NCBI GenBank assembly: GCA_927441425.1
Contig: CAKMKG010000001.1
Location: forward strand, 150-64,149
From: an uncultured Bacillota bacterium
GTDB taxonomy: Bacteria; Bacillota; Clostridia; Peptostreptococcales; Anaerovoracaceae
Reading direction: 5' to 3'
Length of the DNA: 64,000 nt
Part shown: in pieces, positions 18,112 to 28,352 of the stretch
How the letters are laid out: every line of letters starts with the position of its first letter
Numbering within the stretch: the stretch's first letter is position 1
The notes under the pieces: model-generated
Database searches by the model: none
Told to the model about the DNA's origin: nothing
Seen by the model: the letters and a program-made list of their open reading frames with translations, nothing else
Made by a program: the position numbers and the translations under genes

Positions 18112-20036
18112 TGAAAGATAAGAAAAGCAGGCGGGGTATCATCTGGTGCTTTGTGGTGGCAGTCATGATCATGAATCTTCCGGCAGTATATACTTTATTT
18201 TACCACCAGCTTACCGGAGCACCCGAGGCTGTAAGGGGCAGGATCGATCTGGCAGGCGCGAACCTGGCAGAGGGAAGAATTTATTTAGACGGTCAATGGG
18301 AATTCTACTGGAACCAATTGATTGCATCGGAGCCGTCGGTGGCATCGAATCCGGATTTTTCCATTTCTGTGCCGGAGTCCTGGTCAAATTATGCAATTGA
18401 TGATAAAGAGTTACCGGCATCAGGCTTTGGGAGTTATAAGCTTTCTATGGAAAATCTTATTTATGACCGGGAGATTGCTTTATATATTCCGAATTTTGGC
18501 GGTGCCTACCGGGTCTATATTGATGGACGGCTTGCAGCTGAAAGTGGGATACTTTCTAAGGAAATGGATGAGCTTTTTACCGTTCCAAAGGCGGAGATCT
18601 ATCCGTTGAGGCTTTCCTCAAGTAATGATCATGAAGTAATCATAGAGGTCGCTACAACTCGATTTTCAGGTCTTTATATGACACCTGTTATCAATGATTA
18701 TCATACCACGATAAAGAACAATAACAATCGAAATACTGCGGAACTCATTATGTTCGGCATTGCAATTTTTTCATTTCTGGCTTTGATTTCCATGTATGCT
18801 GCATTGATACGAAGAAGGATCCTTTCCTTTTGGCTACCTGTAATGCTCTTTTCTATTATTTTACGAATCATGCTGACGTCAGAGTTCTATAGCTTTTGGC
18901 AGCCGATTTTCTTCTTTCATCTTCCCTATGAGGCGACAAATGAGCTCATGTATTTTACCACTTTTCTGCTAAAATATCTGTTGATTTACCTAGTTCAAGA
19001 ACAGTGTGGCATTCACTTCAATCGAAGGGAAAAGGTTGGATTTCTCACGTACTATGGGATACTCTATCTTGCTTATCTATTTGCACCCCAAAGCCTGTAC
19101 AACAGCGATTTGTCGGTAATCGTGCCAATGCTGACCTATGTTCTGGAGATCTATCTGGTAATGAAAATATACCGTGGAAGACATGCTATGAAGAGATTTG
19201 GTTTGGTGGTTTTCTGGGGGGCAATGTTTGTTGTGATCGGGCTGACGATCGACAGCTACTATTTAAATGGGAAAATCTATATGGACATGTCATTAACACT
19301 CCTGACCTGCTTAACCATATTTACGCTGATCATGAGTTGGATGTATGCAATGCGATTAGGGGATCTTTATGATGATTTTGCGATATCCTCCTCAAGACTT
19401 GAAATGGCAAATAACCAGATTGAAATGCAAAAGGAGTATTACGAAGCGCTGAGTGGACAGATGAATGAGATCCGTGAAATGAAACACGATGTCCGTCATT
19501 TTGTGGGAGCCGCAAGCAGATTGGCAGAAGAGGGCCGATTAGAAGACCTCCGATCATTCTTAAATGAATACTGCGAAAAAACAGAAATGGATCAACTTCC
19601 GGTGTTCTGTGAGAATGTTATTGCGAACTCCATCATTGGATATTATTATCTAAGAGCGAAGGAAAGTGGGATTCCATTTGAGAGCAGATCCAGGATTGAC
19701 CATAGGGCTGCAATGAGAGATAGTCACCTTTGCATCCTTCTTGGCAATGCTCTTGAAAATGCAATCGATGCTTGCCAGAAAATGGAAATCAATGAAACCA
19801 GGAGGATATCCATGGAAGTGGGAAGTAAAAATGGGCATTTTTTATTAAAATTCAGAAATACGTATCGTAACAAACTGAGTATCAGAGATGGACATTATAT
19901 ATCTTCCAAGGAGGGAAAATCCCACGGTCTTGGAATTAAAAATATGCAGAAAGTAGTTGAGTCATATGGTGGATTTATTAAGATAGAATATGATGAAAAG
20001 GAATTCACCCTCATGGCAGCAATTCCGGAAAGATAA
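18108..20036 (+). CDS. Sensor histidine kinase (extracellular beta-sandwich + multi-TM + AgrC-like GHKL)
   Basis: LDGQWEFYW extracellular domain, several TM helices, KHDVRH phospho-His, LGNALENA, HGLG. Confidence 0.9.
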   Translation: MMKDKKSRRGIIWCFVVAVMIMNLPAVYTLFYHQLTGAPEAVRGRIDLAGANLAEGRIYLDGQWEFYWNQLIASEPSVASNPDFSISVPESWSNYAIDDKELPASGFGSYKLSMENLIYDREIALYIPNFGGAYRVYIDGRLAAESGILSKEMDELFTVPKAEIYPLRLSSSNDHEVIIEVATTRFSGLYMTPVINDYHTTIKNNNNRNTAELIMFGIAIFSFLALISMYAALIRRRILSFWLPVMLFSIILRIMLTSEFYSFWQPIFFFHLPYEATNELMYFTTFLLKYLLIYLVQEQCGIHFNRREKVGFLTYYGILYLAYLFAPQSLYNSDLSVIVPMLTYVLEIYLVMKIYRGRHAMKRFGLVVFWGAMFVVIGLTIDSYYLNGKIYMDMSLTLLTCLTIFTLIMSWMYAMRLGDLYDDFAISSSRLEMANNQIEMQKEYYEALSGQMNEIREMKHDVRHFVGAASRLAEEGRLEDLRSFLNEYCEKTEMDQLPVFCENVIANSIIGYYYLRAKESGIPFESRSRIDHRAAMRDSHLCILLGNALENAIDACQKMEINETRRISMEVGSKNGHFLLKFRNTYRNKLSIRDGHYISSKEGKSHGLGIKNMQKVVESYGGFIKIEYDEKEFTLMAAIPER

Positions 20037-20069
20037 TATATCCCTTGAATCGATGATGATGAAACCTTG

Positions 20070-20095
20070 AATAGCGGCGAATAGCCGCTATTTTT
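20070..20095 (+). terminator. Intrinsic terminator
   Basis: AATAGCGGC-GAATA-GCCGCTATT followed by a T run. Confidence 0.75.
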
Positions 20096-20114
20096 GTGTT
20101 AATACAATCAAATT

Positions 20115-20184
20115 GGCTCCAATTTCGCTCTATGAGGCTCCAATTTCGCTATTGACCGGATCCTCCATTTTTATTCGGTATAAT
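20115..20184 (+). promoter_or_regulatory. Direct repeat (LytTR-type binding site) upstream of a TATAAT -10
   Basis: GGCTCCAATTTCGCT at 20115 and 20136 (21-bp period); TATAAT at 20179. Confidence 0.7.
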
Positions 20185-20228
20185 ACAGAGGAAAACACGA
20201 TTTCGCCCATGAGAGATGAGGTGATTTT

Positions 20229-20561
20229 TTGATCTACCGATTTTATGGCCAGTGCAATCATATGCTCCTGATAAAGGAGCGTCATAGCCGCAGTGTGATT
20301 CGCTACTATTCAAAGGAAACGATGAATGAGATGTATCCAAATGGCGATTACGAGATAATCGGAGAAATAAACAATGGAATCAAGAAATATGCAGAACAGG
20401 ACATAGTCATTACCGATGGAGGCAAACATATCCCAATATTCCCCCGGGGCAGCGCATTGAATCCCCTAGAGTGGACTGCGGGTTATGCCAGGATTGGCGA
20501 AAACATCTATGTTGCGGTGATGAAAAGCTTGCTCCCGTTCTTGTTATTCAAGATAATATGA
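20229..20561 (+). CDS. Hypothetical protein, 110 aa
   Basis: TTG start after GAGGTG RBS; fills the gap after the repeat promoter; no recognisable motif. Confidence 0.6.
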   Translation: MIYRFYGQCNHMLLIKERHSRSVIRYYSKETMNEMYPNGDYEIIGEINNGIKKYAEQDIVITDGGKHIPIFPRGSALNPLEWTAGYARIGENIYVAVMKSLLPFLLFKII

Positions 20562-20588
20562 AAACAGCGTAAAGAAGGAGGAAAACCT

Positions 20589-21113
20589 ATGTATTTAGTT
20601 GCCGCATTTGGAGTTATGCTAATCGCCATTTCCTTTTGGATCCTTTCCATACAGCGCACTCTGCATCGAATGGAAGAAAAAACGATGAGCGCGATGGAAC
20701 AAATGGGTGTTCAGATATCCGCACAATGGGAAATATTATCCTCACTTTTGGATTTGACTGAATGGTATGCCACCCGCGGATGTGAGACGATAATAGAAAC
20801 CATGAGCGCAAGACGCTCTATTACCAAGTACTCTATGCCCCACGATGTAAGAAAACAGGAAAATAACATTGCAGAGACCATAAGGGAATTTAGAGAGGTT
20901 GCAAAAATTTACCCCGATTTAGCAGCAGATCCGAACTACGTTAAAGCAATGGATGTGCTTGATCAATATAAAAATACGGTACAGAGAAGCATGCTGATTT
21001 TTTATAATACCGTAACAGAATTAGACCGTGCCATCCATATGTTCCCAAACTCTTTGTTTGCAAGTGTTTTGGGATTTTCAAACCACGCCATTATAAATCT
21101 GGAGGAAAGATAG
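20589..21113 (+). CDS. lemA: LemA-family protein (divergent)
   Basis: N-terminal TM helix, YPDLAADPNY, FYN.V..L...I.MFPNSLFA..LGF. Confidence 0.8.
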   Translation: MYLVAAFGVMLIAISFWILSIQRTLHRMEEKTMSAMEQMGVQISAQWEILSSLLDLTEWYATRGCETIIETMSARRSITKYSMPHDVRKQENNIAETIREFREVAKIYPDLAADPNYVKAMDVLDQYKNTVQRSMLIFYNTVTELDRAIHMFPNSLFASVLGFSNHAIINLEER

Positions 21114-21145
21114 TCTACATTTTGGATTATTTCTGCTTCACAATC

Positions 21146-21175
21146 AAAGCCTCGGCGGAGCTCGCTGAGGCTTTT
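21146..21175 (+). terminator. Intrinsic terminator
   Basis: AAAGCCTCGGCG-GAGCT-CGCTGAGGCTTTT. Confidence 0.7.
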
Positions 21176-21298
21176 CCTGTGATGGCAATTGCTGTGATTC
21201 TTCTATTAGTATATACTATAGACTATTGCGGAAACAGGCGTAATGAAGTGGCAGTTACAGAGCGAGAATTCGTTACAGGGTTATTGGAGGAGGCATCG

Positions 21299-23137
21299 GT
21301 GGACAAGCATAAAATTTTAAAGGCTGTATATGGATACGATACGTTTCGTGAAGGCCAGGAAGCGTTAATCGACAGCACACTGAATCAAAAGGATGCCCTG
21401 GGTATTATGCCGACGGGTGCCGGAAAGTCTATTTGTTTTCAGATACCGGCCTTATCATTTGATGGAGTTTCCATCATTATTTCGCCGCTGATTTCCCTTA
21501 TGAAAGATCAGGTAACAGCTCTTGTTGAGGTTGGCGTGCATGCGGCATATATCAATAGCTCCCTGACGGAGGGACAATTCAGAAAGGTCATGGAGAATGC
21601 ACGCCTTAGAATGTATAAAATAATCTATGTAGCACCGGAGCATTTAATGACGGACTCCTTTTTATCTTTGATGAATGCTTTGGAGATTTCTATGGTCACG
21701 GTAGATGAAGCCCATTGTATTTCGCAATGGGGACAAGATTTCAGACCGGGGTATCTAAAGATCGTTGATTTTATCAATATGCTCCCAAAGAGACCGGTAA
21801 TCACAGCGTATACGGCAACCGCTACAAAAGCGGTGAAAGAGGATATCCTCTGCATTCTGGGCCTTAGGAATCCAACCGTTATTGTTACCGGATACGACAG
21901 GAAAAATCTCTATCTTGCAGTGAAGAAGCCGCAAAGTAAGATGAATGAGCTCCTTGATTACCTACAGAAGAATAGCGATAAGGGTGGTATTATCTATTGC
22001 AATACCAGAAAAGCTGTAGAAGAAGTGCAGGAAGAACTATTCCGAAGAGGATACCCGGTTACGAGATACCATGCGGGACTATCGGATTTGGAACGAAAGG
22101 AAAATCAGGAATCTTTTATTTATGACAGGACACCCATCATGGTTGCAACGAATGCCTTCGGTATGGGAATTGACAAATCAAATGTAAGATTTGTCATACA
22201 TTATAATATGCCGAAAGATATTGAGAGCTATTATCAGGAGGCCGGCCGTGCCGGAAGAGATGGGGAAGCGGCGGATTGCATCCTTTACTACTCAGGGCAG
22301 GATGTAAGGATCAATGAGTTTTTGATTGATCGGCAGAAAGAAAATGAAGAGCTGGATTACAATGAAATGCAGCTCATCCGTGAAAGGGATCGAGACAGAC
22401 TGAGGAGGATGACCTATTATTGCTTTACAAATGAATGCCTTCGATATGGTATCCTGCGTTATTTTGGAGAAGAGGGCAATCATGATTGCGGGAACTGTGA
22501 AAACTGCCTGACAGAATTTGAGGAGATCGATGTTGCGGCGGATGCGATAGGCCTGATAAGCCTGATAAGGACCAGTGGAGAGCGGTATGGCATGAATGCT
22601 ATGATTGATGCGGTCCATGGAACGAGTAATGCCAAGGTGCGGCAGTACCGGCTGGAACAGAATCCATTTTTTGGCGCTTTAAAGAGTAGAACGATCGTAA
22701 GAATACGGCAGATCGCAAATCATCTGCTGGTGAAGGATTACTTATATCTAACGACAGACGGATATCCCGTATTGAAAGCTGCAGCGCAGGGCATAGAACT
22801 GTTGCAGGAAAAGAATCTGTCAGAACCGATCACAATGAAACTACCGAAAGAACAGGAAAAAGTCCTTTCAAAGAAAAAAGACGGAAAGAGAAGCGGCAGT
22901 GATGCGACACATCCGGAGCTATTTGAACGGTTACGAAAAAGAAGGTTTGAAATTGCGCAAAAGGAGCATAAGCCTCCCTATATCATATTTTCTGACAAGG
23001 CGTTAAAGGAAATGTGTTCCTCCTTACCCACCACGGAGGAAAAAATGCTGGAAGTAAATGGAGTGGGAGCCATTAAATTTGAGAAATATGGGCAGGAGTT
23101 CATGCGGATCATAAAAGAGTGGTGTTTAATGAATTAA
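21299..23137 (+). CDS. recQ: ATP-dependent DNA helicase RecQ
   Basis: MPTGAGKS, VDEAHCISQWGQDFRP, QEAGRAGRDG, Zn-binding Cys, RQC and HRDC domains; GTG start after GGAGGAGG. Confidence 0.95.
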   Translation: MDKHKILKAVYGYDTFREGQEALIDSTLNQKDALGIMPTGAGKSICFQIPALSFDGVSIIISPLISLMKDQVTALVEVGVHAAYINSSLTEGQFRKVMENARLRMYKIIYVAPEHLMTDSFLSLMNALEISMVTVDEAHCISQWGQDFRPGYLKIVDFINMLPKRPVITAYTATATKAVKEDILCILGLRNPTVIVTGYDRKNLYLAVKKPQSKMNELLDYLQKNSDKGGIIYCNTRKAVEEVQEELFRRGYPVTRYHAGLSDLERKENQESFIYDRTPIMVATNAFGMGIDKSNVRFVIHYNMPKDIESYYQEAGRAGRDGEAADCILYYSGQDVRINEFLIDRQKENEELDYNEMQLIRERDRDRLRRMTYYCFTNECLRYGILRYFGEEGNHDCGNCENCLTEFEEIDVAADAIGLISLIRTSGERYGMNAMIDAVHGTSNAKVRQYRLEQNPFFGALKSRTIVRIRQIANHLLVKDYLYLTTDGYPVLKAAAQGIELLQEKNLSEPITMKLPKEQEKVLSKKKDGKRSGSDATHPELFERLRKRRFEIAQKEHKPPYIIFSDKALKEMCSSLPTTEEKMLEVNGVGAIKFEKYGQEFMRIIKEWCLMN

Positions 23138-23242
23138 AGAATAGGTATAAGAGTAGTGGGTCTGTGTTTTAATGATAATCTGCGAGATTGATCGGATAAA
23201 AAAGGCTAATGATCGCTATGGATATGGGAGTTGGAAAATCTT

Positions 23243-24058
23243 ATGAGCGCTAAACTGAAAAGATTGATGTTTGGAACCATAGTAATTTTCACTGCCCTAA
23301 ATAGTTTACTACTTGCAGGCTGTCAACCTTCTGTTGAATTGATAAAATCGGATAAACCCATACTTACACCGACAGAGACTCCATCACCTGCGACAGAAGA
23401 CAAGTTGCTGATTGTCACCGGAGAATATATTCCTTATGTGGGGGAAGAACTGGAATACCAGGGGTTCCTGACGAGGCTGATAGAAGAGTCTATGAAAAAC
23501 TGTGATGTTGAATATGAGATAAAATTTTATCCCTGGGCAAGGTGCCGTGAAATGGTGGAAAGCGGTCTGGCTTGGGCCTCGTATCCCTATGGACATTCAG
23601 CGCTTAATGACGAGGCGTTTTTATTTTCAAACAAAATATATAGCACAAAGCATAAATTTTACTATCTGAAGGATAATAAAAAATTTCAGCAAAATGCTCT
23701 CAATTATGATTCAATCGATGATTTTGGGGATTTCGTATTTGGTGGTGCCAATGGGTACTGGTATGGAAACCGCAGAGATATTATTGCCTTGGGGGTCAAG
23801 CCTGAATGGGCAAAGAACACGGATGGGCTTTTGAAAATGCTTTATTCCGGGAGAATCGATTTTATGATTGAGGATGAACTGGTCTGTGAGGAAGCGATTA
23901 AAAGACTGTTTCCAAAAGATGTGGACGCCTTTGCGACTTTGCAGGCAGAAGCAAAGCTTCAGGATTACTATTTGATTGTATCAAAGAAATACCCGGACTC
24001 ACAGATGTATCTGGAGCAATTCAATGAAGGGCTGAAGGAGACCGTGAGAGGGAGGTGA
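23243..24058 (+). CDS. Family-3-like substrate-binding lipoprotein
   Basis: Lipobox LLAGC; TGEYIPY, FYPWAR, LKML.SGRID. Confidence 0.8.
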   Translation: MSAKLKRLMFGTIVIFTALNSLLLAGCQPSVELIKSDKPILTPTETPSPATEDKLLIVTGEYIPYVGEELEYQGFLTRLIEESMKNCDVEYEIKFYPWARCREMVESGLAWASYPYGHSALNDEAFLFSNKIYSTKHKFYYLKDNKKFQQNALNYDSIDDFGDFVFGGANGYWYGNRRDIIALGVKPEWAKNTDGLLKMLYSGRIDFMIEDELVCEEAIKRLFPKDVDAFATLQAEAKLQDYYLIVSKKYPDSQMYLEQFNEGLKETVRGR

Positions 24059-26046
24059 TCCGTATCGGAACAAAAGGGAAAAAGCTTAGTACAACCTACA
24101 TATATCCCATTTTAATTGCAATTGTTGTTATTCCGTTGCTGTTAACCTTTTATAATGCATTTCAAAATAAAGAACGGTTGTCGGAGGAGTTAAATAATAT
24201 TGCAGAGCAACTGATGAATATGGCGGTAGCCTCTGCGACAGATGCTTTATGGACCTACAATGATGTCGGACTGACTCAGATTGGGGATGCGATATCAGAA
24301 CATCCGATCGTGGCAGAGGTGACGATACTGGATGAGAAGGATACTGTAATTTATGATACGGACAAAAAAGGAGATGCGTACAGCGCTGAGCAGCTGTATC
24401 CAGCATTTAACCGGGTCGTATTCTATGAAGGTACTAAAATCGGAGAAATCCATGTCGTAGTTACCTCCTATTACCTTGATAAAAAAATCAATGCGGAAAT
24501 CTTGTTTGGCTTTCTAAGAACTATTCTCATGAGCTTTATTATATTGCTCATAACGTATTTTCTGACCCGAGATATAACTGCAGCCTTAGATAACATAGAT
24601 GCCGGCGTAAAAGCCTTTGCTGAAGGGGAGAGGAATATCCGGCTTCATGTGAAGGGGAGCAATGAAATCCGACGACTGGCAGATCGCATCAATGTATTAT
24701 TCCAAAGGATCGTAGCATCGGATATTAAGCTTCAGCGCCTAGCATATTATGACACGCTGACAGGACTGCCCAACCGGACAATGCTGTATGAGCAGAGTAC
24801 GAAACTGCTCGCGGAACAAAAACATCTATTTCAAATGAACGGTGCCATAATTTTTATGGATCTGGATGATTTCAAAGCGATTAACGATACCAAAGGCCAT
24901 ACCATAGGGGATCAGATATTAATGCGGCTGGCAGGCGAGTTAGAGAAGCATATGGAATATGATGTAATTGCAAGGATAGGAGGGGATGAATTCATCTTTA
25001 TTTTAGAGGATTGTGATGTCAGCAGGGCCAATCATATTGCAAAGGAAATTGTGAACCTGGTGCGTTCACCCATAATCGTGAGCGGCTACGAATTTACTTT
25101 ATCTTGCAGTGTAGGTATTGCGATATTTCCTGGGGATGGCACGGATATAGAGACTTTACTAATGAAAGCTGACAGTGCAATGTACCAGGCAAAAAAAGAA
25201 GGCAAGAACCGTTATAAGTTCTATGAACAGAGTATCAATGACGAGATGGTCAGGAAAATTGAACTTCAGAACGAAATGCGGCAGGGAATTATAAATCATG
25301 AATTTATTGTATATTATCAACCCCAAATAGACATAGCTACGGGGAAAATTATCGGAGTGGAGGCCTTGCTGCGCTGGCAGCACCCGTTGCGTGGACTTAT
25401 GATGCCAGGGGACTTTATTGAGCTGGCAGAAGAGACCGGATTAATCATTCCGCTGGGTGAATTTGTTTTAAGAACAGCCTGCAAGCAGAGCATGGAATGG
25501 GAAAAATCAGGCTTAACGAATCTTATGATGTCAGTTAATATCTCAGTAAAGCAGATTAATAGTAAAAGTATAGTACGAGATATCCTTGATATTATTGAGG
25601 AAGTCCATATGATACCAGAGCACTTAATCCTTGAAATTACGGAAAGTGTTGCGATGGAGAACATAACGATAACCGTTGAGGTTATGAACATATTGAGGGA
25701 AAAGGGAATTGTTTTCTCCCTGGATGATTTTGGAACTGGCTATTCCTCTCTGAATTATCTTAAGAATATACCCATCAATCATCTGAAAATTGATAAGCAA
25801 TTTGTACAAAACCTTCAGAAAAAGACCTTCGAAGAAGTGGTGGTACGTGCGATTATAGAAATTGCCCATCGGAGGGAGATTACTGTGGTGGCGGAGGGCA
25901 TTGAAACCCTGGAACAAAAGGATACACTTGCATCCTATCACTGTGATGTTGCGCAGGGATATTATTATAGCAGGCCAATTCCAAAGCTGGAGGCGGAGGC
26001 GCTACTTAGAAAAGGTTATAGAAATCAAGAGATAATTGGAGAATAA
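24055..26046 (+). CDS. Membrane HAMP-GGDEF-EAL protein (diguanylate cyclase/phosphodiesterase)
   Basis: Two TM helices, HAMP, DTLTGLPNR, GGDEF, EAL, DDFGTGYSS; GTG start overlaps the upstream stop. Confidence 0.92.
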   Translation: MIRIGTKGKKLSTTYIYPILIAIVVIPLLLTFYNAFQNKERLSEELNNIAEQLMNMAVASATDALWTYNDVGLTQIGDAISEHPIVAEVTILDEKDTVIYDTDKKGDAYSAEQLYPAFNRVVFYEGTKIGEIHVVVTSYYLDKKINAEILFGFLRTILMSFIILLITYFLTRDITAALDNIDAGVKAFAEGERNIRLHVKGSNEIRRLADRINVLFQRIVASDIKLQRLAYYDTLTGLPNRTMLYEQSTKLLAEQKHLFQMNGAIIFMDLDDFKAINDTKGHTIGDQILMRLAGELEKHMEYDVIARIGGDEFIFILEDCDVSRANHIAKEIVNLVRSPIIVSGYEFTLSCSVGIAIFPGDGTDIETLLMKADSAMYQAKKEGKNRYKFYEQSINDEMVRKIELQNEMRQGIINHEFIVYYQPQIDIATGKIIGVEALLRWQHPLRGLMMPGDFIELAEETGLIIPLGEFVLRTACKQSMEWEKSGLTNLMMSVNISVKQINSKSIVRDILDIIEEVHMIPEHLILEITESVAMENITITVEVMNILREKGIVFSLDDFGTGYSSLNYLKNIPINHLKIDKQFVQNLQKKTFEEVVVRAIIEIAHRREITVVAEGIETLEQKDTLASYHCDVAQGYYYSRPIPKLEAEALLRKGYRNQEIIGE

Positions 26047-26076
26047 AATATCACTGTGCTTAGAAAGGAGCATTTT

Positions 26077-27016
26077 ATGTCTGAAAAAATAGAGCAGTCA
26101 AAAATTCTTTTAGAGTCCGGCACAAATGAACTTGAACTAATGGAATTTACTATTTCAGGTGAAATTTTTGGAATTAATGTTGCAAAAGAGAGAAATCATG
26201 ATGGCGCAAGAAGTAAAGATGATGCCCAATTCCCATGAAGTGGTTGAAGGTGTTTTTAAACCAAGAGACGAAATTATTACGGTTATTGACTTGGGCAAAT
26301 ATTTGAATCTGCCCAAAAGCCAGAATAACAGCCGTGATATGTTTATCTTAACTCATTTTAATAATTTAAATTTTGCTTTTCACGTTGAAAGCGTGGTTGG
26401 AATTGATCGAATATCGTGGACGGAAATCAAAAAGCCGGATCGAGTAATCTATGGGGGAGATGAAGGCGTTGCAACGGGGATTGCTGAATATAAAAAAAGA
26501 CTGATTACAATATTGGATTTTGAAAAAATTGTCGCAGAAATCAGTCCGGAATCAAGTATACGGTCGGATTCAATAGACCGGCTTGGAAAACGAGAGATAA
26601 GAGATAAAACGATACTCATTGCAGAGGATTCCATGCTTCTTTCAAAGATGATCATAGAATGCCTGCACAAAGCAGGATACAAAAATACCGTTAAAACTGA
26701 TAACGGACAAGAAGCGTGGAACTACTTAGAAGAAGCAAAATTAAGCGGAGATCCAATAAAAGATCATGTTGCTTGCATTGTCTCCGATATCGAAATGCCG
26801 TTGATGGATGGTCATAGGTTAACAAAACTTGTAAAATCGGATGCGGTTTTAAAGGAAATTCCTCTGATTTTGTTCTCTTCCTTAATTAGCGATGAAATGC
26901 GTATTAAGGGGAACCAACTGGGCGCAGACGAGCAAATAACAAAACCGGAAATAGATAGACTTGTAGAAATAATTGATCGATTAACAGAGACGAAAGAAAG
27001 GGAAAGTGAGAAATAA
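26077..27016 (+). pseudogene. cheV: Chemotaxis protein CheV (CheW + receiver), frameshifted near 26188
   Basis: ILLESGTNELE..FGINVAK in one frame continues as REIMM...SDIEMPLMDG...KP in another; AAA-G-AGA-GAA where K-V-R-E is expected. Confidence 0.85.
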
Positions 27017-27129
27017 TGGAAAGTTATGCATGTTCAGTCTGTGGCTATTTCGAAGACCTCGGGGAATTATCGGCCGGTGAACTAAGCGTATTATGCGCAA
27101 ATCTCGCAAAACGGCAAATAAGCTATTGA
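27016..27129 (+). pseudogene. Remnant of a rubredoxin-domain protein
   Basis: Translates MESYACSVCGYFEDLGELSAGELSVLCANLAKRQISY*; first rubredoxin knuckle present, second CPxCG missing. Confidence 0.55.
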
Positions 27130-27306
27130 ATCAACTGAAAAAAACGAAATTCAGCTGTTAGTATGGACTGGAGCTGTCAAAATGTTTATCCTGGGCGTAT
27201 TGTGGTAAATATATAGTATAAGGTGGCGTGAAATATCCCTCGTCTCCTTATCCGTTTTAAACACTGTTGAAGCTACGATTCGGCGGTGTTATATTTTAAC
27301 CACATG

Positions 27307-27333
27307 CTGGCACTCTCAATCAAAGAGTGCTAA
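27307..27333. promoter_or_regulatory. CIRCE element (HrcA operator)
   Basis: CTGGCACTC-N9-GAGTGCTAA versus TTAGCACTC-N9-GAGTGCTAA, directly upstream of a J-domain gene. Confidence 0.9.
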
Positions 27334-27368
27334 TCGAGTGGATTGAAAATAGAGGGAGGTGATTTATC

Positions 27369-28316
27369 ATGGCAGAAAAACGAGAATTATATGAAGTGCT
27401 TGGATTGAAAAAAGAAGCTTCAACAGATGAAATAAAGAAAGCCTTTCGGAAAAAGGCCATGAAGTATCATCCTGATAAGAATCCGGGCGATAAAACATCG
27501 GAAGAAAAATTTAAAGAAGTAAACGAAGCATACGGTATTTTATCAGATGCAGATAAAAGAGATAAATATGACAGGTTTGGATTTGCGGGAGTAGATCCAA
27601 ACGCAGGTTTTAACGGCCAAAATCAAGGATGGGGACAAGATCAGGGCTTTGGAAATCAAGGAGGGCATCAGTACCAGACCTACGGCAATTTTAATCGGGC
27701 TGATCATGATGTCTTTCAAGGGTTTTCCGGCAGTGAGTTTGAAAATTTGTTTGGAACGATGTTTGGAGGAGGCGGATTTGGCAGTGCCCAAAGAAAGGCT
27801 GCGCCAAGAAAAGGATCGGATCTCCAGGCAACGCTCACAATCACCTTTGAAGAGGCTGCTTTCGGGACGAAGAAGCAGGTTAGACTCAACGGCAAAACAA
27901 TTTCTATCACGATACCGGAGGGCATAGAAAATGGCGCAAAGATTTCGTTGAAGGGGCAGGGACAGCCAAGTGCCAACGGAGGACCTAACGGTGATTTGAT
28001 TGCAGTAATGCACATAAAGCCACATAGTACGTTTACAAGAAAGGGCGCTGATCTTTACATCAATGTGCCAATTACGGTTACACAAGCTGTCCTTGGAGCG
28101 AGCATTATCGTTCCGACTCTGAAGGATAAGGTCTCATACAAAGTTCCCGCAGGCACGCAGCCGAATACGGTCTTCCGGCTAAAGGGCAAGGGAATAAAGG
28201 TTTTGAAGAATAAAAACCCAGGAGATCTATATGTTACGGTACTTGTAAAAATTCCGACAGAAGTCACGACGGAGCAGAGAGATTTACTTGAAAAATTAGA
28301 CAAGACATTCAAATAG
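27369..28316 (+). CDS. Class B J-domain co-chaperone (CbpA-like DnaJ without zinc finger)
   Basis: HPD J-domain, G/F-rich linker, DnaJ C-terminal domains, no CxxCxGxG repeats. Confidence 0.92.
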   Translation: MAEKRELYEVLGLKKEASTDEIKKAFRKKAMKYHPDKNPGDKTSEEKFKEVNEAYGILSDADKRDKYDRFGFAGVDPNAGFNGQNQGWGQDQGFGNQGGHQYQTYGNFNRADHDVFQGFSGSEFENLFGTMFGGGGFGSAQRKAAPRKGSDLQATLTITFEEAAFGTKKQVRLNGKTISITIPEGIENGAKISLKGQGQPSANGGPNGDLIAVMHIKPHSTFTRKGADLYINVPITVTQAVLGASIIVPTLKDKVSYKVPAGTQPNTVFRLKGKGIKVLKNKNPGDLYVTVLVKIPTEVTTEQRDLLEKLDKTFK

Positions 28317-28352
28317 AATTTTAGATCGATATGAATTGGAGGGAAGCAATCA

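Noticed and set aside
20115-20150. Mini CRISPR array
   Set aside because: Only two 15-bp repeats 6 bp apart and no cas genes.
17386-20561. agr quorum-sensing locus
   Set aside because: No AgrB or AgrD-like peptide gene, and the kinase has a large extracellular domain unlike AgrC.
21122-21298. Hydrophobic N-terminal extension of RecQ in the ORF track
   Set aside because: It runs through a terminator hairpin; the strong RBS and the homology begin at GTG 21299.
27600-27670. Short GQ-x-QG repeats in the J-protein
   Set aside because: Ordinary low-complexity G/F linker.
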